Origin: a virus
IMG/VR virus record: IMGVR_UViG_3300046804_003780
DNA: 64,000 nucleotides
Reading direction: 5' to 3' (one strand)
The position numbers and the translations under genes are program-made. The notes under the pieces were generated by a model, which saw only the letters and a list, made by a program, of their open reading frames with translations, searched no databases and was not told the DNA's origin. Shown piece after piece: positions 10,770-19,652 of the stretch. Positions within the stretch are counted from its first letter, which is position 1. Each line of letters starts with the position of its first letter.

Positions 10770-11534
10770 TTATACTTGTTTTGGTGAGAGTTTTTGAAGA
10801 TAAGCTAATGCTTCCTTCTTTTCTTCTTGGTCCAATTGTTGAAATTTAGCAATTATATTGTTAACTTCGTCACTGATTGGTTCGGGTTCTGCAGCAGGTG
10901 GTTGAGATTTTGCTTTTTGTGCTGCTGCTAGATCGTACAGCATATCTCCTAACTTTCTAAGGGCAGGTACTCCAGCATTTTGCTTGTATGTCATTTCGAC
11001 CATTTTAGCAAGATCCGTGATTTGTTTCATATTACTGGATATATCAACTCCTTGCATATATTGTTGTACTACTTTCACAATATAATCTGCCATAGTAAGT
11101 TTTTTGACTTGGGGAGGCTGTGGAGGAGGGGCAGGAGCTTCACTTAAAATTTCAGCTAGCATTCTATCAAAGTGCCTAGACTCGCTTTGGATAGCTCCTG
11201 GTAAGGGCGTTTGGGCTGCTACTCTTTCAGCTTCTTTAGCTGCAGGATTCGCACCAAATTGAAAATTCTTATTTTTAGCTTGCATTTGTTGTTGAATATA
11301 TTCCGCGTCACGTTGTAGTTCGTTTTGACGTTGTTCAACTTCTGGCCACAATCCCTGTAAAACTCCGATCATTTTTCGAACAAAGATATTTCTAAAATTT
11401 GTTTTTGCTAACACATTTTGCGAATATCTTCTACTACTTTGACTTCCCATATTAGACATGGAGGGTTGGACTTCGCCCTTAACCAAATCTGTGACTGCTT
11501 CACTTAGTGTGTTGTCTACTTCGAGTAATTTCAT
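10770..11534 (-). CDS. Hypothetical protein, probably head-internal
   Basis: MKLLEV start; Pro/Gln-rich linkers. Confidence 0.55.
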   Translation of the reverse strand: MKLLEVDNTLSEAVTDLVKGEVQPSMSNMGSQSSRRYSQNVLAKTNFRNIFVRKMIGVLQGLWPEVEQRQNELQRDAEYIQQQMQAKNKNFQFGANPAAKEAERVAAQTPLPGAIQSESRHFDRMLAEILSEAPAPPPQPPQVKKLTMADYIVKVVQQYMQGVDISSNMKQITDLAKMVEMTYKQNAGVPALRKLGDMLYDLAAAQKAKSQPPAAEPEPISDEVNNIIAKFQQLDQEEKKEALAYLQKLSPKQV

Positions 11535-11764
11535 TTTCTAATAGATTTTGTGAACCGTTCAGAATCTTTGTTCTTAATCGCTGTAAGCAATTTTTTCTCT
11601 AAAATCGCTGCTTTTTCAGAATCGTAATGTTTATTAATTAGTTCAACTAGATTAATGGCACTAGTAATGATATTATGGGCACGACTCTCAATAATGTGTT
11701 TAGTATCACGATTATTTCCCAATGCTTCTAATTCTTCTAATAAACTGCGGGTTTTGCGTTCCAT
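11531..11764 (-). CDS. Hypothetical protein
   Basis: ORF track; stop overlaps the next gene's start. Confidence 0.6.
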   Translation of the reverse strand: MERKTRSLLEELEALGNNRDTKHIIESRAHNIITSAINLVELINKHYDSEKAAILEKKLLTAIKNKDSERFTKSIRK

Positions 11765-11789
11765 AATAGTAAGTTCCTAAATATATTTA

Positions 11790-13214
11790 TCACTTTTTGA
11801 GGCTGTTAAGCATAGCTTTTAATTTAGCACTCTGTATATCTGCGTTTATTTTAGGAATATCTTGCACAGAATCCTGTAATTCGCTGTTATGCGTTGGGGA
11901 CACATTGCTTGAGGGTTTTAGTCTGGACATGATGTCATTAGGACTAGGTTGTGGATTGTTAAACTTTGTACCAGCAGACTGTCCATCTTCTCCCGAATCT
12001 GTGATTCTTAATGTTTCCACATTGAACTCTAAATCTATCTTAGTGCCTACCCCTGAACTGCTACGTGTTTTCATAAGTTGAATTTGATACTGCCCGCGTT
12101 CACGCATACTGCGGCTTGTAAAAATACCAAACACATTATCTGCTGTATTAATCTTACTGATGCCGCCTGAAATGTGACTATGATCAAACTCAATTTCTTC
12201 TACCGCACTGCGATTTAATTGACTAGCTGTAACTAGCAGCACATTCAATTCTTTAGACAAATTACGCAATTCTTCCGACACATACTTGTCCTTAATGAAC
12301 AAGTCTGATGGGCTGACCTTTGCGCTGACAGGCATAAGAAGATCAAGATAGTCGATGCAAAGAAAATCAATCTTTGCTCCAGTCTTAATCTCATATTCCT
12401 TACAATATGCCCGTAAGTCATTTACTGTACTCTGTGCTGGCAAATACTTAATTTGTAATTTACCAGCTTTCTTTGCCAACATCTTGACTTTCATTTCAAT
12501 GTCATCAATGCTTTTAAAAATATCACGGCTGCTAGTTTCTGTCATCATACTGTCTATACGCATTGAACATAAGCCTTCGCTAAGTTCCAATGATACATAG
12601 ATACCAGTTAATCCTGCTTGACTCCAGTTCACTGCAAGATTTTGCATAAACAAACTCTTACCTGAACCTGAACCCCCTGCAAAGATTTGTAATTCACCTC
12701 GATTAAACCCACCATATAGTTTGCTATCGACTGTAGCCCAACCTGTACTAATTTGTCCGTTATTGTTTTTTAATGCCATTAATCTTGAACGTGGATCAGC
12801 GAAATAATCAGTACCCATATCTTTTGTTATGCTGATTTGAACCGCATCCTTTATTAATTTTTCTACAGGATCATATTGACCTTTTTCTAATAAATCTGCT
12901 GATTTAAGTATTGCTCTTTCTAATTCTTGTCTACGTGTGAATTTTTCAAACTCGTCCAGAAACCATTCAAAGTGGCCTTGACTCAATTCGGGTATTGCTT
13001 GAATTTCAATTCCGCAAATAGCTAATACTTGGTCTTGTTCAGGTAATACATTATATTTTTCAGAATGCTCTTGAAAAAATTTAGCGACTGGTCTCAATGA
13101 TTTATCAAAGTTTTCTGCATTCATGATGTTAGATACTCTAGTATATAATTCACCATTCGTAATCATCATGCGCAAAAAAAGTTTTTGTACATCTATATTA
13201 TAATCAGTTACCAA
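11790..13214 (-). CDS. Replicative DNA helicase (T4 gp41/DnaB-like)
   Basis: Walker A GGSGSGKS, SLELSE, IDYLDL, TASQLNR, KTR. Confidence 0.95.
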   Translation of the reverse strand: MVTDYNIDVQKLFLRMMITNGELYTRVSNIMNAENFDKSLRPVAKFFQEHSEKYNVLPEQDQVLAICGIEIQAIPELSQGHFEWFLDEFEKFTRRQELERAILKSADLLEKGQYDPVEKLIKDAVQISITKDMGTDYFADPRSRLMALKNNNGQISTGWATVDSKLYGGFNRGELQIFAGGSGSGKSLFMQNLAVNWSQAGLTGIYVSLELSEGLCSMRIDSMMTETSSRDIFKSIDDIEMKVKMLAKKAGKLQIKYLPAQSTVNDLRAYCKEYEIKTGAKIDFLCIDYLDLLMPVSAKVSPSDLFIKDKYVSEELRNLSKELNVLLVTASQLNRSAVEEIEFDHSHISGGISKINTADNVFGIFTSRSMRERGQYQIQLMKTRSSSGVGTKIDLEFNVETLRITDSGEDGQSAGTKFNNPQPSPNDIMSRLKPSSNVSPTHNSELQDSVQDIPKINADIQSAKLKAMLNSLKK

Positions 13215-14169
13215 TTCTCTTCCTCATCATTTCTATTTTTATTTTACTTGTTGTTGCACTTTGTATTATACTTAACAGTGTAGCTAATTTGCCATATTTT
13301 ATTACTGCGTCATTAACATCTTTTACGTCCGGGTCCCAATCGGGCAGACTCACTTTAAAGCCTACTTCCAATGCTCTGTCACATGTTTCAAGTCCGGTTT
13401 TATCTCTATCTGGAACAAATATTATTTCTCTGTTTAGTTGTTTTAAAAAACGAACTTGGTCATCATTAATTGTATTATGTGTCAGTGCTAGCCCATTTAT
13501 ACTTAATGCGTCAAAAATGCCTTCCATTAATAATGCTACTTGCCAGTTTGGTTTTTGTTCGTCGTATCCAAAAACATAACCTGGCTGTTGATCATTAATA
13601 TACTTAGGGGCTCTGTCATCTAAAAATCTACTTGTATGTCCCACTATTTCATTATTGTACAGATATGGAATTATAATCCTGTTAGCGTTTCTTCCTTCAT
13701 CATTTGGCGCTACATAAAAGTTATAATGCTTATGATTCACTTTTCTTGTTTGTAAATAATCAATATATTTTTTATGAATTGGATCCGTGTCATCTAAAAG
13801 TACGCAGTCAGGAAGTTTTTTTTGTTTGAAAATTAATGGTTTTTCTTTAACAAACTTTTTACTAAAATCTAAAATATCCTTATTCTGCAGACTTTCAATA
13901 TTCCAACGTTGTATTTGAGTTTCATCAATTCCGCACCAACTTAATAATTCTCTAGTTCGTTTTGTGATACTTCTGCCTAACTCATAATGGCAACTGAATG
14001 AACAATTAAAACAATTATATGTCCAATTATTACCGTCAAATTTGATTCCGCCTCTATGTCGCTTATCGGGCTTATGCCCACGTTTGTCGCAGCATACCGC
14101 ATTAAAACTATACCAGCCGCTTTGGGTTAATTTTTTTTTGTTTGGAATAACAGTTAGGATATCAAACAT
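13204..14169 (-). CDS. DNA primase (gp61-like, Zn ribbon + Toprim)
   Basis: CC..YNCFNC Zn motif, RIIIP, EGIFDA, PDRD, KDVND. Confidence 0.9.
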   Translation of the reverse strand: MFDILTVIPNKKKLTQSGWYSFNAVCCDKRGHKPDKRHRGGIKFDGNNWTYNCFNCSFSCHYELGRSITKRTRELLSWCGIDETQIQRWNIESLQNKDILDFSKKFVKEKPLIFKQKKLPDCVLLDDTDPIHKKYIDYLQTRKVNHKHYNFYVAPNDEGRNANRIIIPYLYNNEIVGHTSRFLDDRAPKYINDQQPGYVFGYDEQKPNWQVALLMEGIFDALSINGLALTHNTINDDQVRFLKQLNREIIFVPDRDKTGLETCDRALEVGFKVSLPDWDPDVKDVNDAVIKYGKLATLLSIIQSATTSKIKIEMMRKRIGN

Positions 14170-14217
14170 ACTAAGATTATAGTATATTATGCATCAAAAA
14201 TATATATAATTGGTATA

Positions 14218-14964
14218 TTATCTTGCCAAAATATGTGCAACAGTTCCGCCAGTTGATGTGAATTGAAGTTGGATATATGGATGAAATCCTGTTACTGTCG
14301 TTCCTAACGTGTTAGTTTCAGCCACAAAATTTCCCAATGATTCAATTGTGTACCAATCTGCATCAACTGTAGTTGATCCTAGTATATTGATATTACCAGA
14401 ATAATTACTTAAAGATGTTTGTAGAGTAATTTTACTCGCACCATTTAATCCTAATACGCTGCTGTAGTATGTAGTTCCTGAATTAGATATTTCCCCATGG
14501 CTTGGTATAGTAACACGTGTGCTAGGCACATGTTTAGGAAGAATGCCGTCCATTATTTGACACACACCCCTTGCATCTGCTTCGCTATTAGTAAAGATGG
14601 GTAAAGTTAAATTACCATCTACTATATCTAAACTGAAGCTTCCTATTTGGGCATCAATTTCCATTAACTCAGCCTGCGTCACTGTTAAGTTTGCAAGACC
14701 CTTAAGGGGTAACGTTGGATTAACTGTTTTTTGTATATCAACACTAGTTCCATCTGAGTTTATAAATCTAAATGTAATTTGTTTTCCTGTCAAATCGATT
14801 GATTTTTGCTCCTGATTTAGGAATTGAAATTGTATTTTATTATCTACCCCTTTATTTAGGGTCAAGTTTTTTGAGTACACGATTTGATATCTCCTAGGTG
14901 AATCACCCTCAAATAGGACGACTTGATATTTTGGTGTATATTGATAAACGTTTGTTGAGTACAC
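14218..14964 (-). CDS. Probable virion structural protein (Ig-like/baseplate-type)
   Basis: Beta-rich; KGVDNKIQFQFLNQEQKSIDL pattern; GTG start. Confidence 0.45.
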   Translation of the reverse strand: MYSTNVYQYTPKYQVVLFEGDSPRRYQIVYSKNLTLNKGVDNKIQFQFLNQEQKSIDLTGKQITFRFINSDGTSVDIQKTVNPTLPLKGLANLTVTQAELMEIDAQIGSFSLDIVDGNLTLPIFTNSEADARGVCQIMDGILPKHVPSTRVTIPSHGEISNSGTTYYSSVLGLNGASKITLQTSLSNYSGNINILGSTTVDADWYTIESLGNFVAETNTLGTTVTGFHPYIQLQFTSTGGTVAHILAR

Positions 14965-15062
14965 TTTTCAGTCCTTTTGTTTATTTATTCAACTAAATAT
15001 GCTATACGTTTAATAAATATTTTGGTCATAATAAACGATAAATAATCCAAGATTGTAAGAAA

Positions 15063-15440
15063 ATGCACAACGACTTTTTTAAAAAATTATCAGAAAATCA
15101 TCCTTTTATAACAGTTTGTTCCTATTCAGGTCAAGACTACGTAGGTATAATACAAAACCGTGATGATATTGTTACAACTATATATGATTACGGTTCCATA
15201 GTACAAAATGAAATGCGTGAGCGTTTTTTAGAACTTGGGGAAATTTGGTGGTGGGAAAGTAACCGACTTATACCAATCAATATGTTTCTTAGAGAAGAAT
15301 GGGCACCATTTAAAGCTTTTTTAAGGACATTTAATAATAAAAGTTTAGATATTATTCATGGCCCAGTTTGTAGTATGAGTGATTTACATAAGAAAAAAAG
15401 CAAACGTAGGAGCATCACTTTAGTCCAACGTATGCCTTAA
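15063..15440 (+). CDS. Hypothetical protein
   Basis: ORF track; TAAATA upstream on +; natural composition. Confidence 0.65.
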   Translation: MHNDFFKKLSENHPFITVCSYSGQDYVGIIQNRDDIVTTIYDYGSIVQNEMRERFLELGEIWWWESNRLIPINMFLREEWAPFKAFLRTFNNKSLDIIHGPVCSMSDLHKKKSKRRSITLVQRMP

Positions 15441-15998
15441 ACGTTCAAGATAGTTCATATGTACAACCACTAAATGTGCATATGCAACACTATGACTTTT
15501 CTTAAAGCTATATCCATCTTCAGTTTTATCCCATACCGTCTTTGATACTTCACTCCAAGGTTTTCCTAATAAATGTTTTTTTGCTGGACGTATACATGCT
15601 AAAAACATCGCTAGTCTAGGAATACTATCTACAGGTTCTGGCATTTTTTGTAAATTATTATAATGGTTTCCTAAATGAACTAACTGTTCGACAAATTCCT
15701 TATCTTTTAATAAATCCCAATTAGGAATGTTCATTAAGTTTAATAACTCTTGTTCGGTTTTGATTTCATTATATACGTGAACATTTAGTAAATCTAGTTT
15801 TAGATATCCTCTTTCCTCAGCCTCAACGTAGTCAATATTAGCCATATCATGAAGTGCATCATATGGTATTTCTGTCACGTATACTCCCGTATTGTGTTTA
15901 CGCATTGGACTTACATTTCTCATAGCTGCAGGAATGTGTTTAATATGTTGAAGTATCAAATCACGATTACCAAAGTCTATGTCAATATCAAAGTTCAT
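15420..15998 (-). CDS. Miniature DNA polymerase III alpha (DnaE) catalytic-core-like protein
   Basis: DIDIDF, HNTGVY, GYLKLDLL, IRP and GYSFKKSHSVAYA correspond to DnaE palm/finger motifs. Confidence 0.85.
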   Translation of the reverse strand: MNFDIDIDFGNRDLILQHIKHIPAAMRNVSPMRKHNTGVYVTEIPYDALHDMANIDYVEAEERGYLKLDLLNVHVYNEIKTEQELLNLMNIPNWDLLKDKEFVEQLVHLGNHYNNLQKMPEPVDSIPRLAMFLACIRPAKKHLLGKPWSEVSKTVWDKTEDGYSFKKSHSVAYAHLVVVHMNYLERLRHTLD

Positions 15999-16561
15999 TT
16001 AAGTGCAAAACCCTTGTCCATTAATTTTTTATATGCATCTTGTACAACCATTGCTTGGTGTGCTGCATCTTCTACCGCTTTGTGTGTAGTCTTTGTACTA
16101 TATTTTTTATCTTTCAAACTAACACCAGCAATTTCAAATAATGTTCTTGTGTCACGCACTGTATAAAAAGGCCAAGGAATGGGATTAGGTCTTTCAGTCA
16201 ATGTTTGACGCATAGCCGTTTCCATTACTACTACATCAAATGGTGCACCATGACTCCATACTGCTTGTCGATTCCAACAAAATTTATAAAGTTTCTCCAT
16301 ACAATCTTTCAATGGCTCTCTATCATTGTCACCCATAGCCTCTTCTAGTGCTGCAGGATTTTGTGTACTCCACCAACGGATGGTATCATCATTGATAACA
16401 CGATTGTAAATTTCTGTTTGATCTTCAAGAGTAGGTCTTAGTTCTAATTTTTCAACAATACCATCGCCTCTTGGATCAAATCTTACTGCACCAATTGTAA
16501 GTATAACACAGTAAGGGCTTGTGTCAAGGCTTTCAATATCAATCATGATATGATTAGCCAT
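15995..16561 (-). CDS. DEDDh 3'-5' exonuclease
   Basis: MIDIESL, WSHGAPFD, RDTRT, HKAVEDA. Confidence 0.9.
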   Translation of the reverse strand: MANHIMIDIESLDTSPYCVILTIGAVRFDPRGDGIVEKLELRPTLEDQTEIYNRVINDDTIRWWSTQNPAALEEAMGDNDREPLKDCMEKLYKFCWNRQAVWSHGAPFDVVVMETAMRQTLTERPNPIPWPFYTVRDTRTLFEIAGVSLKDKKYSTKTTHKAVEDAAHQAMVVQDAYKKLMDKGFALK

Positions 16562-16838
16562 AAAAATCTTTCTTCAATATATTAACAACATCTGCATATT
16601 CTGAATCTTTCTTTTGTTTTTGCCAACGATGCAACCAAGGCGTGTTATCACATTCAATGATATGTTTAATTACTTCAGTGCGGCTACTAGATTCAATTGC
16701 TTCATGCAATGAAAAACACATTACAGGATTACCCCAATGATATACTACAATAGCCATTGGGTCGGTTGGATGCATGTTCCAAAGAAATTCTTGATTATGA
16801 TGATCGTCTAATTTCGATAAATCTTTTAAATAACTCAT
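16554..16838 (-). CDS. Hypothetical protein
   Basis: ORF track; overlapping start/stop. Confidence 0.55.
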   Translation of the reverse strand: MSYLKDLSKLDDHHNQEFLWNMHPTDPMAIVVYHWGNPVMCFSLHEAIESSSRTEVIKHIIECDNTPWLHRWQKQKKDSEYADVVNILKKDFYG

Positions 16839-17023
16839 TTATTTGCAGGTTTCGTTTTGATAAGACAAAGTACAGTATGATCTTTTTGCTTTAACCATTC
16901 TTCTCTTGCTTTCATACATTCTTCAAGTGTTGGATATTCTTTATTGTAAACAAATTGAATTTTGGGTGGCGGGTCTGCCCATAATTGAACACTTAAAATC
17001 CAAGTTACGATAATTTCATTCAT
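16835..17023 (-). CDS. Small two-Cys protein (paralog family A)
   Basis: Hydrophobic N-terminus, YPTLEEC...C. Confidence 0.6.
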   Translation of the reverse strand: MNEIIVTWILSVQLWADPPPKIQFVYNKEYPTLEECMKAREEWLKQKDHTVLCLIKTKPANK

Positions 17024-17181
17024 TGCATCACCTTATATCTAGTGCATTTTGGGGCGAAAGGATATTCTCTATAAAAATCTGCCCAACGTTGACACTCACT
17101 CATTGTATCGTATTCTTGTTTATGATACAACTTGGGAGGGTCACTAGAAAGAAGCATTACTGTTAAAACATATATATACAT
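17020..17181 (-). CDS. Small two-Cys protein (paralog family A)
   Basis: Likely start MYIYVL at 17181; YDTMSEC...C. Confidence 0.6.
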   Translation of the reverse strand: MYIYVLTVMLLSSDPPKLYHKQEYDTMSECQRWADFYREYPFAPKCTRYKVMQ

Positions 17182-17182
17182 A

Positions 17183-17461
17183 TCATCCCCATACCAAAAG
17201 AAAAGCAGTAATTTCTTTTCTATCTTTAAATTTAAACATATCAAATGATATTCTTTTTCCGCATTTAGCCATTTCACACCATTCCTGCACAGGAAGTAAA
17301 TCTTCTTCTCTTAATCCAGTTGGTGTAATAGCTCCATGTGCATATACGAGGTTGGCTCGTAACACTAGACCCTTAACTTTATCCTCTTCCCAAACTAATT
17401 TTTTAGTACGCAGCATCTCTGTCAACTTTTCAATTAATTCATTAGTATCGTCTTGTTTCAT
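17183..17461 (-). CDS. Small protein with C-terminal F..E...F.L.W motif (family B)
   Basis: Ends FKFKDRKEITAFLLVWG. Confidence 0.6.
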   Translation of the reverse strand: MKQDDTNELIEKLTEMLRTKKLVWEEDKVKGLVLRANLVYAHGAITPTGLREEDLLPVQEWCEMAKCGKRISFDMFKFKDRKEITAFLLVWG

Positions 17462-17682
17462 GCCCACTTTAATGTAAACCAAGTTGCATGTGCTTCCTCA
17501 TAAAATATAAACACAGTATGTTCAGGTGCGACATAATCACCACTCCAATCTTGATATTTGGCTTGGTTATATTGAAAATCAAAATCCTTATGTTGAATCA
17601 TTCCAGCCTCACGCATTTCTTTGACTATATCAATAATCTCAGAGGGTTTTTTAAATTTGAGAACAATCTCTATCAACTCCAC
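17458..17682 (-). CDS. Small protein (family B)
   Basis: Ends FIFYEEAHATWFTLKWA. Confidence 0.6.
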   Translation of the reverse strand: MELIEIVLKFKKPSEIIDIVKEMREAGMIQHKDFDFQYNQAKYQDWSGDYVAPEHTVFIFYEEAHATWFTLKWA

Positions 17683-17882
17683 CTCAGCGTAAACAAAATC
17701 AATTCTTCTTCACTTGTAAACTCAATCACTGCTCCTTTAAAAGCAAATTCACCTTTAGATAAATGTTTTGTGCACCAATCTTTTAAGTCATTTTCGTAAT
17801 GCATCCAGTACAAAAAATCTGTTAGGATAATATAGCCGCTTCCATCTTTAAGTGCACCTTTACTTACAATATATGTTTCCAT
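17673..17882 (-). CDS. Small protein (family B)
   Basis: Ends IEFTSEEELILFTLRWS. Confidence 0.6.
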   Translation of the reverse strand: METYIVSKGALKDGSGYIILTDFLYWMHYENDLKDWCTKHLSKGEFAFKGAVIEFTSEEELILFTLRWS

Positions 17883-18575
17883 TTACCATTTTAATTCTTG
17901 TAACAAGGTTTTTACCTCTGTTACTTCGTTTTCTAGTTTTGAAAATTTAATCGCCCACTGTACAGGATTGATATAGTCGTATATCATTTTAATTAAATCT
18001 TCGGATAACTCATCTAAGAACTTTTTTCCACTTTCACTTTGATACAGCACCCATGGACTAATTTTCCCGCTAGTTATTGCATAACATATTTTACTTTTGC
18101 TGCCATAGCGCAAATAATCGTTTGGTTGTATATTTTCAACTTGTGCCAAATCTAAGCACGTTTCAATACTACGATGAACTGCGTCTAGTGGATTTTCTGT
18201 TTTGCAATAGTCAATTAGGTATTCTGTGTATTGTCTATCACTTGTCCAGTTGTCAATTTTTACGTTTTCTCTAAGGTAGTAATCCACTAATCTTGATACG
18301 TTAAGTGCATTTATGTCTACGCAATAGTTTCCAAACTTTACAAATGCTGTATAGTATGCTGATTTTATAAATTCTTCATATTTTTTTTCTTTTTTTGCCG
18401 TGCTGTGTTTTTTATAAAACTGCACGAAACTTTGATATCCAATTTGATTACCTCTTCTGTCACGTTCTAACCAACGATGTTTGTATTCGCAGATGTGTTT
18501 TAACATCGTACTTTCTCTTACAAAAGTACGTTTACAAAATTCACATCCATAATTAATATCCAAGATTTTTTTCAT
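17883..18575 (-). CDS. Zn-finger-containing hypothetical protein
   Basis: CEFCKRTFVRESTMLKHIC. Confidence 0.6.
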   Translation of the reverse strand: MKKILDINYGCEFCKRTFVRESTMLKHICEYKHRWLERDRRGNQIGYQSFVQFYKKHSTAKKEKKYEEFIKSAYYTAFVKFGNYCVDINALNVSRLVDYYLRENVKIDNWTSDRQYTEYLIDYCKTENPLDAVHRSIETCLDLAQVENIQPNDYLRYGSKSKICYAITSGKISPWVLYQSESGKKFLDELSEDLIKMIYDYINPVQWAIKFSKLENEVTEVKTLLQELKW

Positions 18576-19140
18576 ATTCGCTTATTTGTGCATCGGATAT
18601 AATTTCATTCAATGTTTCAATGTCAGAAATTTTCAAATCAGGAAAAAGTTTTGCCAATTTATATTTTCTGTTTTGTATTCTAACAAACTCGCTGCTTATT
18701 TCAGTCAACAAATCGGATTCTGTTTTAGGATATATTTTAGTAAAGTAATCCTGAATTTCTTTTTGTTTTGCCTGTTCAAGTAGCAAAGTATAGTTTCGTT
18801 TAATGTGAGGTATCCATTTATGATATTGCTTACCCATATTTGGACTTACAGTGCATAACATTAACCATTGTAATTTGTTATGTTTAATTATATTCTCGTT
18901 AAACATATGTCTATTGGCAGAGTAATCTGTGTTTTGCAAATAGTATCTTTGTAAATCTGCAACACCTGATACAGTGCTTAACCAATTTAATAACATGAAG
19001 GGGCTAAATCCTTTTTGTTGTTCTACAGTAAGTCTATCAAAAAACCCATAGTCTTTTTTGTCTAATGCAGCTAATGCATCAAACAAAGGAAAGTCTATAT
19101 TTGTAAACTTTTCGTCGGTTGCTAGTTTTTGTTTGGTCAT
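18553..19140 (-). CDS. Clamp-loader small subunit-like (T4 gp62-like)
   Basis: FSPFMLLNWLS and QYHKWI resemble gp62 motifs; replication context. Confidence 0.55.
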   Translation of the reverse strand: MTKQKLATDEKFTNIDFPLFDALAALDKKDYGFFDRLTVEQQKGFSPFMLLNWLSTVSGVADLQRYYLQNTDYSANRHMFNENIIKHNKLQWLMLCTVSPNMGKQYHKWIPHIKRNYTLLLEQAKQKEIQDYFTKIYPKTESDLLTEISSEFVRIQNRKYKLAKLFPDLKISDIETLNEIISDAQISEYEKNLGY

Positions 19141-19640
19141 TAAAATGCTTGTTTGTAGTCAACAATTTCACAATTTCTGCTTACTTCTTTTACAAAATAT
19201 ACACATCTAGGTTTTTCATTATCCTCAATAGGCACACATAAGAATTGACCATTTTTTAATCTAGGTGCATACCAAACTACATCATGATATATATCCATTA
19301 CTTCTATGTCACAGAATGTGGGTTTAAAACTACTCAATGGATTAAATTCAAATGCCTTAAATCCTCTATCATTTATACTTGTAAGAGGTAACGTTTCTAA
19401 ATCACCAAGTTCAGGTTCTCCTATTAGGATTTGCCATTCTACAGGCATCTTTATAATTTTATTGTCAATTCGTAAAACAAGTGCTGGACTATTAAAGCTT
19501 TCTAAAAAAATTAAAGGTATATAGTGATAATCAACATTTGCAGGATTACTGTTGTCCAATATTGCAAAACGTAAATCATCAATTTCATCTGGTAATGTTT
19601 CTAAATTATATACTAAATTGTCTAAGGTTAATATTTTCAT
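19140..19640 (-). CDS. Hypothetical beta-rich protein
   Basis: ORF track; directly downstream of uvsW. Confidence 0.65.
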   Translation of the reverse strand: MKILTLDNLVYNLETLPDEIDDLRFAILDNSNPANVDYHYIPLIFLESFNSPALVLRIDNKIIKMPVEWQILIGEPELGDLETLPLTSINDRGFKAFEFNPLSSFKPTFCDIEVMDIYHDVVWYAPRLKNGQFLCVPIEDNEKPRCVYFVKEVSRNCEIVDYKQAF

Positions 19641-19652
19641 GTTGTTATTATA

